From: an uncultured delta proteobacterium
GTDB lineage: Bacteria > Myxococcota_A > Polyangia > Haliangiales > Haliangiaceae
NCBI GenBank assembly: GCA_963848295.1
Contig: CAWKDB010000010.1
Location: 3,712,001 to 3,776,000 of the forward strand
DNA: 64,000 nt
Reading direction: 5' to 3'
Shown here: positions 13,757 through 26,092 of the stretch, piece by piece
Layout: every line of letters starts with the position of its first letter
Numbering within the stretch: position 1 is the stretch's first letter
Notes under the pieces: generated by a model
The model's input: the letters and a program-made list of their open reading frames with translations, nothing else
Databases searched by the model: none
What the model was told of the DNA's origin: nothing
Program-made: the position numbers and the translations under genes

Positions 13757-14793
13757 GACGGCACCTCGACGGAATCGGGCGGCTCCGCGGCGGTCGCGGC
13801 CAAGCCCTGGCCGTCGAGCGGAAAGTGACAGCGCACGCGCGATCGGCCGAGCTGGACCAACTCCGGCTCGACGGCGCGACACTTGTCTTGCACCGCGGGA
13901 CAGCGATCGGCGAACTTGCAACCGACCGGCCACTCGCCGAGCGCCGGCACCATGCCTTTGATCTCGGCGAGCCGGGCTTTGTCGTCGATCGGGGCGTCGT
14001 CGCCGTAGGTCGGCACCGAGCGCAACAGGCCCGCGGTGTAGTGATGGCGCGGCTGCGCGAACAACACGTCGGTCTCGGCGCGCTCGACGACGCGGCCTGC
14101 GTACATCACGACGACCTCGTCGCACGTCTCTGCGACGACGCCGAGGTCGTGGGTTATCAGCAAGATGCTCATACCGAGCTCGCGTTGCAGGCGCTTCAGC
14201 AGCTCGAGGATCTGCGCTTGAATCGTGACGTCGAGTGCGGTCGTCGGCTCGTCGGCGATCAACAGATCCGGCTTGCACGCCAGGGCCATCGCGATCATCA
14301 CGCGTTGCCGCATGCCGCCGGACAGCTGATGTGGATACGCGTCGACCCGATCCTCCGGCGACGGAATGCCGACGAGCCTGAACATCTCGATCGCGATCGT
14401 GCGCGCCTCGGCCTTCGATTTGCGCTGGTGCAGGCGGACCGCTTCGCCGACCTGATCCCCGACGGTGAACACCGGGTTCAGCGAGGTCATCGGCTCCTGA
14501 AAGATCATCGCGATCCGGTTGCCACGGATCTTGCGCATCTCCTCGGCAGGCAGCTCGAGCAGATCCGTGCCGCCGTACGTGATCGTGCCGCTCGCGATCC
14601 GGCCGGGCGGCGATGCGATCAGCCGCATCACGCTGAGCGCGGTGACCGACTTGCCGCAACCGGACTCGCCGACCACTCCGACCGTGCCGCGCGACGGAAT
14701 CTCGAACGATACGCCGTCGACCGCGCGCACCGTGCCGTGCTCGGTGCGGAACTCCGTCACCAAGTCCCGGATCTCGAGCAGCGCGTCAGCCAC
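13753..14793 (-). CDS. oppD: Oligopeptide/dipeptide ABC transporter ATPase, OppD/DppD type
   Basis: [41 protein letters not shown]-terminal Cys cluster. Confidence 0.9.
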
Positions 14794-14820
14794 GTCGCCC
14801 GCAGCGTACCATCACCGGGT

Positions 14821-14943
14821 TCAGCCGCCGCGTTTCCAGCGCTCGAGCGCGGCGAGCCACTCCGCACAGTCGAGCCCGTACAGATCGAAGTGGATGCGCT
14901 GCAGCACGACCTCCTCGCCCGCCCGAACCTCGTAACGCGCCAT
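14821..14943 (-). CDS. Putative 40-aa small protein or gene remnant (MARYEVRAGEEVVLQRIHFDLYGLDCAEWLAALERWKRGG)
   Basis: Read manually; fills the gap between genes; mostly G/C third positions; TAGTTT box 7 nt before the ATG. Confidence 0.4.
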   Translation of the reverse strand: MARYEVRAGEEVVLQRIHFDLYGLDCAEWLAALERWKRGG

Positions 14944-15007
14944 CGGGCGAAAACTATCCCGGTTGCCGCGCGAGCGCTACGGGCTGGGTTTCGGGCGCGG
15001 ATGCGAG

Positions 15008-15613
15008 TCAGCTCGGGACGTCGAACGCGAGGTCGTCGAGGCCGATGCCTGCGGAGTCGGTGATCTGGGTGACCTCGATGCGCGTGACGTTGCGATAGCT
15101 CGACAGGTCGACCGGGACCGGCACGTCGACATCGCCGTGACCCACGAGGTCGACGGTCGCCGATAGCGAGCCCGAGACATAGACGTTGATCTTCGCGGCG
15201 GCAATCCCGGACCCGTTGACGCCGATGACGTTGAACGCGATGTTCTGCACCGGCTTCGTGAAGTCGATGTAGTAATCGCCGGTACACCCCTCCGTGCAGA
15301 CGAAGTTCGGCGGCGATGCGCCGAGGCCGAGGTTCGCGATCGTGTAGATCTTGTCGCCCGCGGCGGCGGAGAACGTCGCGTGCAGGGCGTACTGCGTCGT
15401 CACCGTGACATCGTCACCGAGGTCGTCGAAGTTGATCAGGACGCTCGAGACGGTCTCGCGCGCAGCGTCGGGTTCGCCGCCACCGCCGCCACCGCCGCCA
15501 CCACCGCCGCCACCGCCACCGCCGCCACCACCGCCGCCACCGCCACCGCCACCACCGCCGGCGGCCGAGCACGCGACCACGCTGACCAGCAAGAGGACGC
15601 TCACCTTTGTCAT
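15008..15613 (-). CDS. Lipoprotein with poly-Gly tether and beta-sandwich domain
   Basis: Lipobox VVAC; 28-Gly run; INFDDL...IGLDDLAF domain. Confidence 0.7.
   Translation of the reverse strand: MTKVSVLLLVSVVACSAAGGGGGGGGGGGGGGGGGGGGGGGGGGGGEPDAARETVSSVLINFDDLGDDVTVTTQYALHATFSAAAGDKIYTIANLGLGASPPNFVCTEGCTGDYYIDFTKPVQNIAFNVIGVNGSGIAAAKINVYVSGSLSATVDLVGHGDVDVPVPVDLSSYRNVTRIEVTQITDSAGIGLDDLAFDVPS
15476..15559 (-). repeat. (GGY)28 trinucleotide repeat encoding poly-Gly
   Basis: 84 nt of GCC/ACC triplets on the + strand. Confidence 0.9.
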
Positions 15614-15705
15614 GGCGGTCCGGACGTGGGCTCGGTCGGCGCAGTCGCACGGCGACCGCTCCTAGACTTCTTCGGCGACCGGTGGCTAACATCGCCGCGG
15701 GAACG

Positions 15706-16665
15706 GTGAGGAGCCTCGCTTCGATCGCGTGGATAGGCGTTGCCTCGGGCGGCGTCGCGGCATGCGTGTCGCCGCTGCCGGGCTCGAACGTGCAGCTCGA
15801 TCTGTCGGCCGAGTCTCCGGTCCAAGCCCCGATCGGCGCGATCCCGGGCCCGAACCAGCTGCCGACCGACGTTCACTTCACGCTGTACGCATACGACGAC
15901 GGCACCGACGCGGCCGGCGATCCGGTCGGGCGGCTATTTTCACTCAGCCAATTCGAGGTGCATCGCGTCGTCGACGTGGGGTCGCCGTGCTTCATCGACC
16001 TCGCCGACCACACCGAGTTCCCGGGCATCCATGTCACGCAGTACGCGAATGCGGTGATGAGCAAGTACGGCTTCACAAACGTCTCGAACCCGCCGCCCGA
16101 CGCGACGATGAATCAGGAGATCGAGGTCGCGACCGCGGTGCAGCGCGAGCTCGATGTCGACGCGCTCGCCGGCGATATGGGCATCGGCGTCGTGACCTCG
16201 GCGTCGACCGCAACATACGGCGCGGTCGCGACCGACTGCAGCCTGTCCGACCCGACGCAGATTCCGCCGCCGATCTGCACCGATGACGCCTCGAACGCTC
16301 TGCGGCTGAAGCTGTGCCAAGCCGCCTGGGCCGCCGATCCCGATCTGTTCGAAGGCACCGATCGCGTGCTGACGTCGCCGCTCGCCGGCACGACCCACGG
16401 CTTCGTCGATGGGATCAACCCGCTCGACGCCGCCCCGATCGGCGGAGCGCAGCTGTTCGTGCCCGACGAGCTGTCCGGCTTCGCCGGCTACGCCATCTAT
16501 TGGCAAGTGGACAATATGCCGGACCCCGGGACGTTGCTGCTGTACGGCCAAGCGACGATGCCGACGCTCGGCGTGATGCACGTCCACATGATCAGCCCGG
16601 GCTCGGGCCTGACCGCCGAGCTCGCGATCTTCGCGAACCTCGATCAAGACGGCACCGAGTTCTAG
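15706..16665 (+). CDS. Hypothetical lipoprotein
   Basis: Lipobox-like VAAC; acidic, Cys-containing globular region; start uncertain (GTG 15682 or 15706). Confidence 0.65.
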   Translation: MRSLASIAWIGVASGGVAACVSPLPGSNVQLDLSAESPVQAPIGAIPGPNQLPTDVHFTLYAYDDGTDAAGDPVGRLFSLSQFEVHRVVDVGSPCFIDLADHTEFPGIHVTQYANAVMSKYGFTNVSNPPPDATMNQEIEVATAVQRELDVDALAGDMGIGVVTSASTATYGAVATDCSLSDPTQIPPPICTDDASNALRLKLCQAAWAADPDLFEGTDRVLTSPLAGTTHGFVDGINPLDAAPIGGAQLFVPDELSGFAGYAIYWQVDNMPDPGTLLLYGQATMPTLGVMHVHMISPGSGLTAELAIFANLDQDGTEF

Positions 16666-16678
16666 CCACGGGAGCACC

Positions 16679-17764
16679 ATGCGGACCCTCTACATCGCCG
16701 CGCTGTTCGGATCGCTCACCGGGTGCAAGAACGTCGACTGCGGCGCCGGCACGATCGAACGCAACGGTGCGTGCGCACCGGCCGACGAGACGATCGGAGC
16801 CGCGGCCTGCGGGTCGAACACGATGCTGGTCGGCGATCAGTGCTTGCCGACGTTCACGCCGACCGTGTGCGACCCGGCGACGACACAGGAAGATGTCGAT
16901 CCCACGACCGGGGTCGTGACATGCATCGGCACCGGCGGGGGCGGATGCAGCGCGCCGCAGGCGTGTCCGGCGCCGATGCCGGGAACGCAGACGATCTGCG
17001 GACAGCTCTACGATCTCGCGACCGGCGTCGCGTTCCAGGACTCGGGCGCGACCGGCGCGGCGTGCACGACGGCGACTCCGACCGGGCCGTGCTCGCTCGC
17101 GATCCAGGCGTACGACGCGATCGCCTTCGCGACGGACCCGACGACCGCGACGCCGCTCACCGTCGGCGGAGTCGACATCGACGACTGCGGTCGCTACCGA
17201 GTCCGAGACATCACACCGCCGAGCGGCCCGTTCATCGGCCTCGGCATCGACGACTCGGCACCGGCCGCTCTCGGGCCGACCGGCACGACGAACGCGGTCG
17301 GCGTCGCGACGCTGACCGCCGCGAACACCGCGACCAAGGGCTTCGAGGCGTGGATCGTCACGCAAGCGACGACCGACATGTGGACCGCGACCGGAGGGCC
17401 GACCGTGACGACGACGGGCGTGTTCGCCGCGATCTATCGCGCGGCGTCGACCGGGACGGCGACGCAGGCCGGCGTGACGTTCACGCGCAACAACGTCGCC
17501 GAGCCGACCGACACCTTCTACTTCGCGGCGGGCGATGCGATGCGACTCGCGGTGGATCCCACCGCGATGATGACGGGCGCCAACGGCACCGCGCTGATCG
17601 ACAACGCGAACGTCGCAGATAGCCTCGCATACAGCGGCACCGGCGGGTTTGCCGATACGACCGACTGCCGATGGGAGACGCACGCCGGCGCTTCGCTGCC
17701 GAACGTCGTGTTCGTGCAGATCTTCCGGCCCATCAACCAAATCGGCGAGCAGTGCCCGTTGTAG
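16679..17764 (+). CDS. Cys-rich lipoprotein
   Basis: GGAG RBS; lipobox LTGC; CGxGT/CGxNT Cys repeats; Thr-rich beta domain. Confidence 0.75.
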   Translation: MRTLYIAALFGSLTGCKNVDCGAGTIERNGACAPADETIGAAACGSNTMLVGDQCLPTFTPTVCDPATTQEDVDPTTGVVTCIGTGGGGCSAPQACPAPMPGTQTICGQLYDLATGVAFQDSGATGAACTTATPTGPCSLAIQAYDAIAFATDPTTATPLTVGGVDIDDCGRYRVRDITPPSGPFIGLGIDDSAPAALGPTGTTNAVGVATLTAANTATKGFEAWIVTQATTDMWTATGGPTVTTTGVFAAIYRAASTGTATQAGVTFTRNNVAEPTDTFYFAAGDAMRLAVDPTAMMTGANGTALIDNANVADSLAYSGTGGFADTTDCRWETHAGASLPNVVFVQIFRPINQIGEQCPL

Positions 17765-17766
17765 CA

Positions 17767-19727
<1,961 letters not shown>

Positions 19728-19731
<4 letters not shown>

Positions 19732-22124
19732 GTCGCCGGGAAGATTCGGATCGGGTACGTGGACGTGCACGTGGACGTGTCACGTGCACGTGCACGACCG
19801 CGAAGACGATCGCGAAGACGACCGCGACGATGATCGCGCTGCTCCTGTTCATGACCGCTACGGCGCACGCGGCGCCCGACGTCGAGGTTCCGCAGCTCGT
19901 GCTCGATCCGACCGACGCGACGCCCGAAGCCGACGAGGCGCTCGACCTCGCGAACATCGTGTTGAGCGCCGCGAAGGGCATCACGACGGTCCAAGAAGCG
20001 CCCGCGATCGTCACGGTCGTGACCGCCGACGAAATCAAAGATCGCCAGTTCCAGAGCCTTCCCGATCTCGTCGATACGATTCCCGGCTGGTACCAGATCT
20101 CGATCTACAACTCGACGTTCGACACTCCGCTGGTGCGCGGCCAGGTCCAAGCCGTGCAGTTCCTGCAGGACGGCGTATCGATGTTCGATCCGTACGTCAA
20201 CGTACCGGCGATCAATCGCACGCAGCCGATGGAGCTCATCAAGCGCGTCGAGATGATCACCGGCCCGGGCGGCGTGTTGTGGGGCTCGAACTCGTTGCTC
20301 GGCATCCTCAACGTGATCACGAAAGACGCCGAAGACGTCGATGGCGTCGAGATGGGGGCGACGGTCGGAGACGGTGACGGCGATCGCCGGATGGCCCGCG
20401 CGTACGTCATGGGCGGGAAGGCCGATCTGCTCGGCGGTCACCTGAAGCTCTTCGGCCACTCTAGCGTCGAGACCTACGACGGAGCCGCGCTCGCGGGTCC
20501 TTTGCTCGTGTTCCACGATCCGCTGCCGTTGCCGAACTCCGCGAACATCTACGGCCCATTGACGACGACGGACCAGGCGCGCTCGATGATCGTCAACCTC
20601 GACGGGAAGGTCACCTACGACAAGCTGCAGCTGCGGATCTCCGCGCCGTTCGGCCACATGTACAAGCCGTTCGGTTTATCCGGCGAGCCGGTGCGCGACG
20701 ATCCGAACGCGCTCGATCCGCAGGGCGTGAGCCGCTACAACCGCTCCGACGACTACGATCGCTATATCGTCGCCGAGTATCGCACGCGGTTCGCGCACGA
20801 TACCGCCGGCCTCACCGCGCGCGCGTACGCCATCGAGTTCGTCCGCGACTTCGAACCGCTGCAAGTCCTCGCGCCGTCGACGATCTCGCCGGGCGGCCTG
20901 TCGTTCGCCGCCGATCTGACGAGCTATCGCGCCGGCGGTGCCCTCGATGGCGATGTCGAGCTCGGCCATCGCCTGCGGATCCTGTACGGCGGCGAAGCGT
21001 TCAACGAGTGGAAGCCGATCGACACCACGGGCTCGATCGAAGGTGCCGGCACGCAGACCGATTTCCGAGCGCCGTACGATCTGACCCGGCTGCCGATCTT
21101 GTGCCCGCGGATCTACGACCCGACCACGCATGCGTTGACTCCGATCGCCGGCTGTCCGGTGACGTTCGCGTATCCCGCCGATCGCACCGTGCTCGGCGCG
21201 TACGTCGACCCGCAGTGGCGGCCGAACGACAAGCTGATCTTCGATGGCGGCGCTCGCGTGCAGGTCGCCCCGGGCGCACTCGGCTCGCTGAGCTATTCGC
21301 CGGATACGACGTTCGCCGGCACCGTGGTGTGGAACTTCATCCCGAACTGGCACTTGAAGCTCAACTTCGCGCAGGGCTTCCGGCCGCCGGTGTTCAACGA
21401 CACCGTATCGAACGGCTCGGCGGTGCAGATCGCCGGCAACCCGAACCTCAAGGTCGAGACGTCCAACGCCGAGCAAGCCGAGATCAACGCCCGGATCTTC
21501 AAGGGCGATCGCCGCATTCGCGAGCTGTCGTTCCGCGTCGACGGCAGCTACACGCGGATCGACAACCTGATCCAAGTCGAATCCGGCAGCTATCAGAACT
21601 CTGGAACGCGCGGCATCGCCGAGGCCGAGTTCCTCGCGAAGCTCTACATTCAAGGCGGCCATCGGATCGAGCTCGGCTACACGTGGATGAACGTCGACAC
21701 GACCGACAAGGGCGTGATCGATGCGGTGCCGGAGAACTACTTCAACCTCGCCGGGGTGTGGAGCCTGATCCCGGGCCAGCTCACGGCGACCACGAACCTC
21801 AAGATCGCGGGTGCTTCGGTCGATCCGAACCGGCTCGTCGAGTACCGCGCGTCGAGCTATGACGCGATGGGCAACCCGCAAAACCTCGTCGCGGTCGCCG
21901 CGACCGACCTCGTGCTCGACCGGCTGCCGCCGGTGGCAGAGCTGTCGTGTGGCGTGACCTGGACCCCCACGAAACGGTTCTCGCTCCGGGCGACGATCTA
22001 CGATGCGCTCGGCGGGCATTACTATCAACCCGACGTGTTCTACGACTATGAACCGCACCTCGAGTACCTACCGAACCCCTATCCAGGGTTTCGCGGCTAC
22101 GTCTCAGCGATGTTTCAGTATTAG
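19728..22124 (+). CDS. TonB-dependent outer-membrane receptor
   Basis: Plug motifs EAPAIVTVVTADEI and IKRVEMITGPGGVLWGSN...NVITK; QGFRPP, NPNLKVE; terminal aromatic residue (FQY); alternative ATG at 19830. Confidence 0.9.
19755..19830. repeat. G(G/C)ACGT hexamer run plus CGCGAAGACGA repeats, with a hairpin
   Basis: gtacgt ggacgt gcacgt ggacgt gtcacgt gcacgt gcacga; arms 19759-19773 and 19781-19795 pair 14/15. Confidence 0.75.
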
Positions 22125-22148
22125 CGGTATGCTCTGGCCAGAGGGATC

Positions 22149-23120
22149 TTGTCGAAGCGGCGCGTCCTCGCCATCTCCAACGACCTCGACCAACTCCGGC
22201 GCATCGTCGCGACGCTCGAGCGCGCCGGCGCCGAGGTCGATGCCGTGCGTAGTCCGGAGGCGATCAGCGCTGACGTCATTCCGCACCGCTACATTTTTTG
22301 CACCGCCTCGGGCGGCGAGGCGACATCGCTCGGTGGGCTCGTGCCGAAGCTGCGCGATCGCGCTCACGTCACGATCGTAACGCCCGAGGCATCGTTGAGC
22401 GATCTGACGTCGTACCTGCACGACGATCGCGTCAATCACGTCGTCGTCGGCGACGATCTCGAAGAGGGAGTGTTCGTCACCGCGCAAAAGCTGTTGACCG
22501 GCGACATCTTCGGGATCGAAAAATATCTGCCCGAGGGCACGCCGGTGCACTACGCGCGCTTGCGCGACTTCGAAGGCCGCGGTCGTGCGATCCAGACCGT
22601 CCTGGACTTCGCCGAACAACAGAAGATGCGCCGGCAAGTGCGCAGCGCGATCGGGTCGGTCGCAGAAGAGCTGTTGATGAACGCGCTGTACGACGCGCCG
22701 GTCGATGCCAACGGCAAGTCGGTGTTCGCCGATATCGATCCGCACGACCGCACGACGACGCGCTCGCCGCGCCCGGTGTCGATCCGCTACGCCGCGAGTG
22801 AGGACCTGTTCGCGATCGCCGTACGCGATCGGTTCGGTCGGCTCGCGAAGAATACGATCCTCGCGTACATCGAGAAGTGCATCACGGCGCCGGATCAGAT
22901 CGATCGCAAGACCTACGGCGCCGGCCTGGGGATCTATCTCGTCGCGAACGCAGCGGCGTCGTACGTCGTCAACGTCGCGTACGGCATCGCGACCGAGGTC
23001 GTGTGCACGTTCGATCGCGGCGCGAAGACGCCGCTGCGGCTCGTCGGTATGTTCGTGCATCCCGGCGGCGCCGAGCAACTCAAGCAGGGGCCGACCCCCG
23101 AGGCGCAGGCCGGTGGTTGA
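22149..23120 (+). CDS. Degenerate receiver-like domain + GHKL/HATPase (RsbW-like) protein
   Basis: N-terminal RRVLAISND (receiver beta1-like); N-box EELLMNA, VRDRFG, GAGLG; no HisKA phospho-His. Confidence 0.65.
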   Translation: MSKRRVLAISNDLDQLRRIVATLERAGAEVDAVRSPEAISADVIPHRYIFCTASGGEATSLGGLVPKLRDRAHVTIVTPEASLSDLTSYLHDDRVNHVVVGDDLEEGVFVTAQKLLTGDIFGIEKYLPEGTPVHYARLRDFEGRGRAIQTVLDFAEQQKMRRQVRSAIGSVAEELLMNALYDAPVDANGKSVFADIDPHDRTTTRSPRPVSIRYAASEDLFAIAVRDRFGRLAKNTILAYIEKCITAPDQIDRKTYGAGLGIYLVANAAASYVVNVAYGIATEVVCTFDRGAKTPLRLVGMFVHPGGAEQLKQGPTPEAQAGG

Positions 23121-26067
23121 GCGCCAGTTCGGACCCTACCGGTTGGTGCGGCAGATCGCCGTCGGCGGAATGGCCGAGATCCATCTCGCGAAGACCAAAG
23201 GCATCGCCGGATTCGAGAAGTACGTCGCGCTCAAGATGATCCATCCGAACTTCGCCGAAGACGAGCAGTTCATACAGATGCTCATCGACGAGGCGAAGAT
23301 CGCGGTCCAGCTCAACCACGGCAACATCGCGCAGACGTTCGACCTCGGACGCGTCGGCGACACGTTCTACATCACGATGGAGTACGTCGACGGTTCGGAT
23401 CTCTACAAGATCCTCCGCCAGGGCTCCGAGCTCGAGATCGTATTTCCGCTCGACGTCTGTGCGTTCATCGCGAAGGAGGTCGCGTCCGCGCTCGACCATG
23501 CACATCGCAAGCGCGACCACGTCGGCAAGTCGCTCGGCATCGTCCATCGCGATGTCTCGCCGCAGAACGTGCTGCTGTCGTACGCGGGCGAGGTCAAGCT
23601 CGTCGACTTCGGCATCGCGAAAGCGACGATGAAGGCGCGCCAGACCGCGGCCGGCGTGATCAAGGGCAAGTACTACTACATGAGCCCGGAGCAGGCCTGG
23701 GGCGATCCGATCGATCCGCGCTCCGACATCTTCTCGGCGGGCATCGTGCTCTACGAGATGATCACCGGGCAGATGCTCTACCTCGAAGAGGATCTGAACA
23801 AGCTGCTCGATATGGCGCGCCGTGCCGACATCGCGCCGCCGACGACGTTGCGCCCGGAGCTACCGGCGCAACTCGAGAAGATCGTCATGCGTGCGCTCGC
23901 GAAGCTGCCGAGCGATCGCTATCAGTATGCCGCGGACTTCGCGACCGACCTCGAGCGGTTCTTGCACGCGTATTCGCCGCAGTTCACGACGAACAAGGTC
24001 TCGGGCTTGCTCAAGCAAGTGATCGGCTTGCCACACGCGCTGCCCGATGCCGGCGAAGTCGAGCGCGAAGGCATCGAACCGACGCTGACGTTGTCGGTCG
24101 ACGATCTGATCCATACCAAGGACGAGCTCCACGACGAGAACAGCGTGATCTTCCGCGTCGCCGATCTCAAGGGTGCGCCGCCGGCGGCCAAGCCTGCGAT
24201 CGCGCCGCGGCCCGTCGTCGGCAAGATCCCATCGATCCAACCGCGTCGCCAGCCGGCGCCGTCGCCGGCGGCGGGCTCGCCCTCACCGCCGCTCGCCAAG
24301 CCCCCAGCGCCGCAGCCACCGGCCGTGACCGCACCGCCAGCCCGCGCTTCGACCCGGCCGCGGATGGCACACGAACCGACGCGCGAGCTCGGCCAAGCTC
24401 CGCCACCGCCGGGCCCGCCTCAAGAGGATAGCGGGTTGCTCGCGCCGCCGCCGCGGCGTCCGGCGCCGACGCCCCCGAAAGCCGCGCCCGTTGCCGCTCC
24501 CCCGCCCGCGCGGCCCTGGGAACGCGATTCCGCGGAGGCGCTCGCCGCCGACGACCATGACACCGATGACCTCGCGAACATCGGCGAGCGCACGATGATC
24601 ACGGGCGCACCGACGATGGGCATCGGCGGTTTCATGATGGACGTCGCGACCGAAGACGGCGTCGACGCGACGATGGTGACCGGTGCACCGCGACCAGACG
24701 ACGAGGCGTTCATCGCGGCAGCCGAAGCCGACGACGACGATGGCAGCGACGGCGAGACCGTCACGCGCACCCCCGATCCTCGGATCGCTCGCTCGGTCGC
24801 GGCGCGCGGTAACCCGCAACCCGCGGGTGATGACGACGGCCCGACCGAGCAACGCGATTTTCGCGGCTCCGCGAGACCGCGCGTGGATGCGCGCCGAGCA
24901 GCACCGCCGCCCGCTCTCGCAGCGAAGATTCACGCGCCCGCGGTGAGCGAGCTGCGCAAGCCGCGTCCGTCGCGCAAGACGCCCGGTGCCGGCGTGCCAC
25001 AAGCGCCAAACGTGTTGCAACGGATCGTCGGCGCGCAGGCGTCGGAGGCGATGCCCGCGCCGGCGAATCGCGCGACCAAGCTCCAGCACGCGGTCGGCCC
25101 GAACGAAGACTCGAACGCCGGGACGCTGCCGGGTGCGGATCTCGACGTTCCGCGCTACGGCAACGACCCGACCGGGATGCCGCTGACCGCATCGACGCCG
25201 CCGCCGGGAACGCCCGTTCAGCCGATGCCCGGCGTCCCGCCACATCTCCAGCCGTATGCGATGTACCCGCCGCAGCCCCAGGGCTATCCGCCGAATCAGC
25301 AATTCCCGCAGTACCCGCCGGGCCCGCAAAACCCGTACGGGCCGAACCCGTACCCGTCGGCGCAAGGCCTGCCGGGCTACGCCGCGCCGCCGCAACCGAT
25401 CCCGGTGACCCCGGGCGCGCTCTACCCGTTCGCGCCGCAGCAACCCCAAAACCCGATGACGCTCACCGGCCAGCTCCGGCTGTGGGAAGTCGACGAGATC
25501 CCATCGCAGTACAAAGTCTCGGGTAACGGACCGAAGTGGCTGAAGCTCGCCATCGCCGGCGTCGTCGCCGTGTCGGTCGCGGCCGGCGCGACCTACGCGA
25601 TCATCCGTTCGACGCGAGACAGTGGCGTAGCGGTCGACGGCTCGGTCCGCGTCGACTCGGTGCCGAGCGGCGCCTCGGTGCTGTTCGATGGCGAGCGCCT
25701 GACGAAACCGACGCCCGTCACGATCGATCACGTGATGCTCGGCACGCGGCACGAGGTCAAGGTCGAGCTTGCCCACCACCGGCTGTATACCGAGACCGTC
25801 GATATCCCGAGCGTCGGCGGCACGATCGAGCTCACCGCGGTGTTGAAGCCGATCACCGGGACCCTCGTGGTTCACTCGACGCCTCCCGGCGCGGAGATCC
25901 GGCTCAACGGCGAAGTCCGTGGGCGAGCGCCGACGACACTCTCCGACATCGACATGGACTCGGTCAGGATGATCGAGCTGCGCTTGCAGGGGTATCAGCC
26001 CTACATACAGAAGCTCGAGTGGCCGCCGTCCGGCGAGCTTGTCGTCGACCCGAAGCTCGCGCGCTAA
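23113..26067 (+). CDS. Membrane Hanks-type Ser/Thr kinase with long Pro-rich linker and two PEGA domains
   Basis: GGMAEI, VALK, HRDVSPQN, DFG, YMSPEQ; TM helix; VDSVPSGASV and HSTPPGAEI PEGA repeats; start overlaps the previous stop. Confidence 0.9.
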   Translation: MVERQFGPYRLVRQIAVGGMAEIHLAKTKGIAGFEKYVALKMIHPNFAEDEQFIQMLIDEAKIAVQLNHGNIAQTFDLGRVGDTFYITMEYVDGSDLYKILRQGSELEIVFPLDVCAFIAKEVASALDHAHRKRDHVGKSLGIVHRDVSPQNVLLSYAGEVKLVDFGIAKATMKARQTAAGVIKGKYYYMSPEQAWGDPIDPRSDIFSAGIVLYEMITGQMLYLEEDLNKLLDMARRADIAPPTTLRPELPAQLEKIVMRALAKLPSDRYQYAADFATDLERFLHAYSPQFTTNKVSGLLKQVIGLPHALPDAGEVEREGIEPTLTLSVDDLIHTKDELHDENSVIFRVADLKGAPPAAKPAIAPRPVVGKIPSIQPRRQPAPSPAAGSPSPPLAKPPAPQPPAVTAPPARASTRPRMAHEPTRELGQAPPPPGPPQEDSGLLAPPPRRPAPTPPKAAPVAAPPPARPWERDSAEALAADDHDTDDLANIGERTMITGAPTMGIGGFMMDVATEDGVDATMVTGAPRPDDEAFIAAAEADDDDGSDGETVTRTPDPRIARSVAARGNPQPAGDDDGPTEQRDFRGSARPRVDARRAAPPPALAAKIHAPAVSELRKPRPSRKTPGAGVPQAPNVLQRIVGAQASEAMPAPANRATKLQHAVGPNEDSNAGTLPGADLDVPRYGNDPTGMPLTASTPPPGTPVQPMPGVPPHLQPYAMYPPQPQGYPPNQQFPQYPPGPQNPYGPNPYPSAQGLPGYAAPPQPIPVTPGALYPFAPQQPQNPMTLTGQLRLWEVDEIPSQYKVSGNGPKWLKLAIAGVVAVSVAAGATYAIIRSTRDSGVAVDGSVRVDSVPSGASVLFDGERLTKPTPVTIDHVMLGTRHEVKVELAHHRLYTETVDIPSVGGTIELTAVLKPITGTLVVHSTPPGAEIRLNGEVRGRAPTTLSDIDMDSVRMIELRLQGYQPYIQKLEWPPSGELVVDPKLAR

Positions 26068-26092
26068 CCGTCGGTCGGCGTATGATCCGACT

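Noticed and set aside
13757..14659. Apparent 650-aa OppF with a long N-terminus
   Set aside because: The extension is an alternate frame of oppD; the real start is the GTG overlapping the oppD stop
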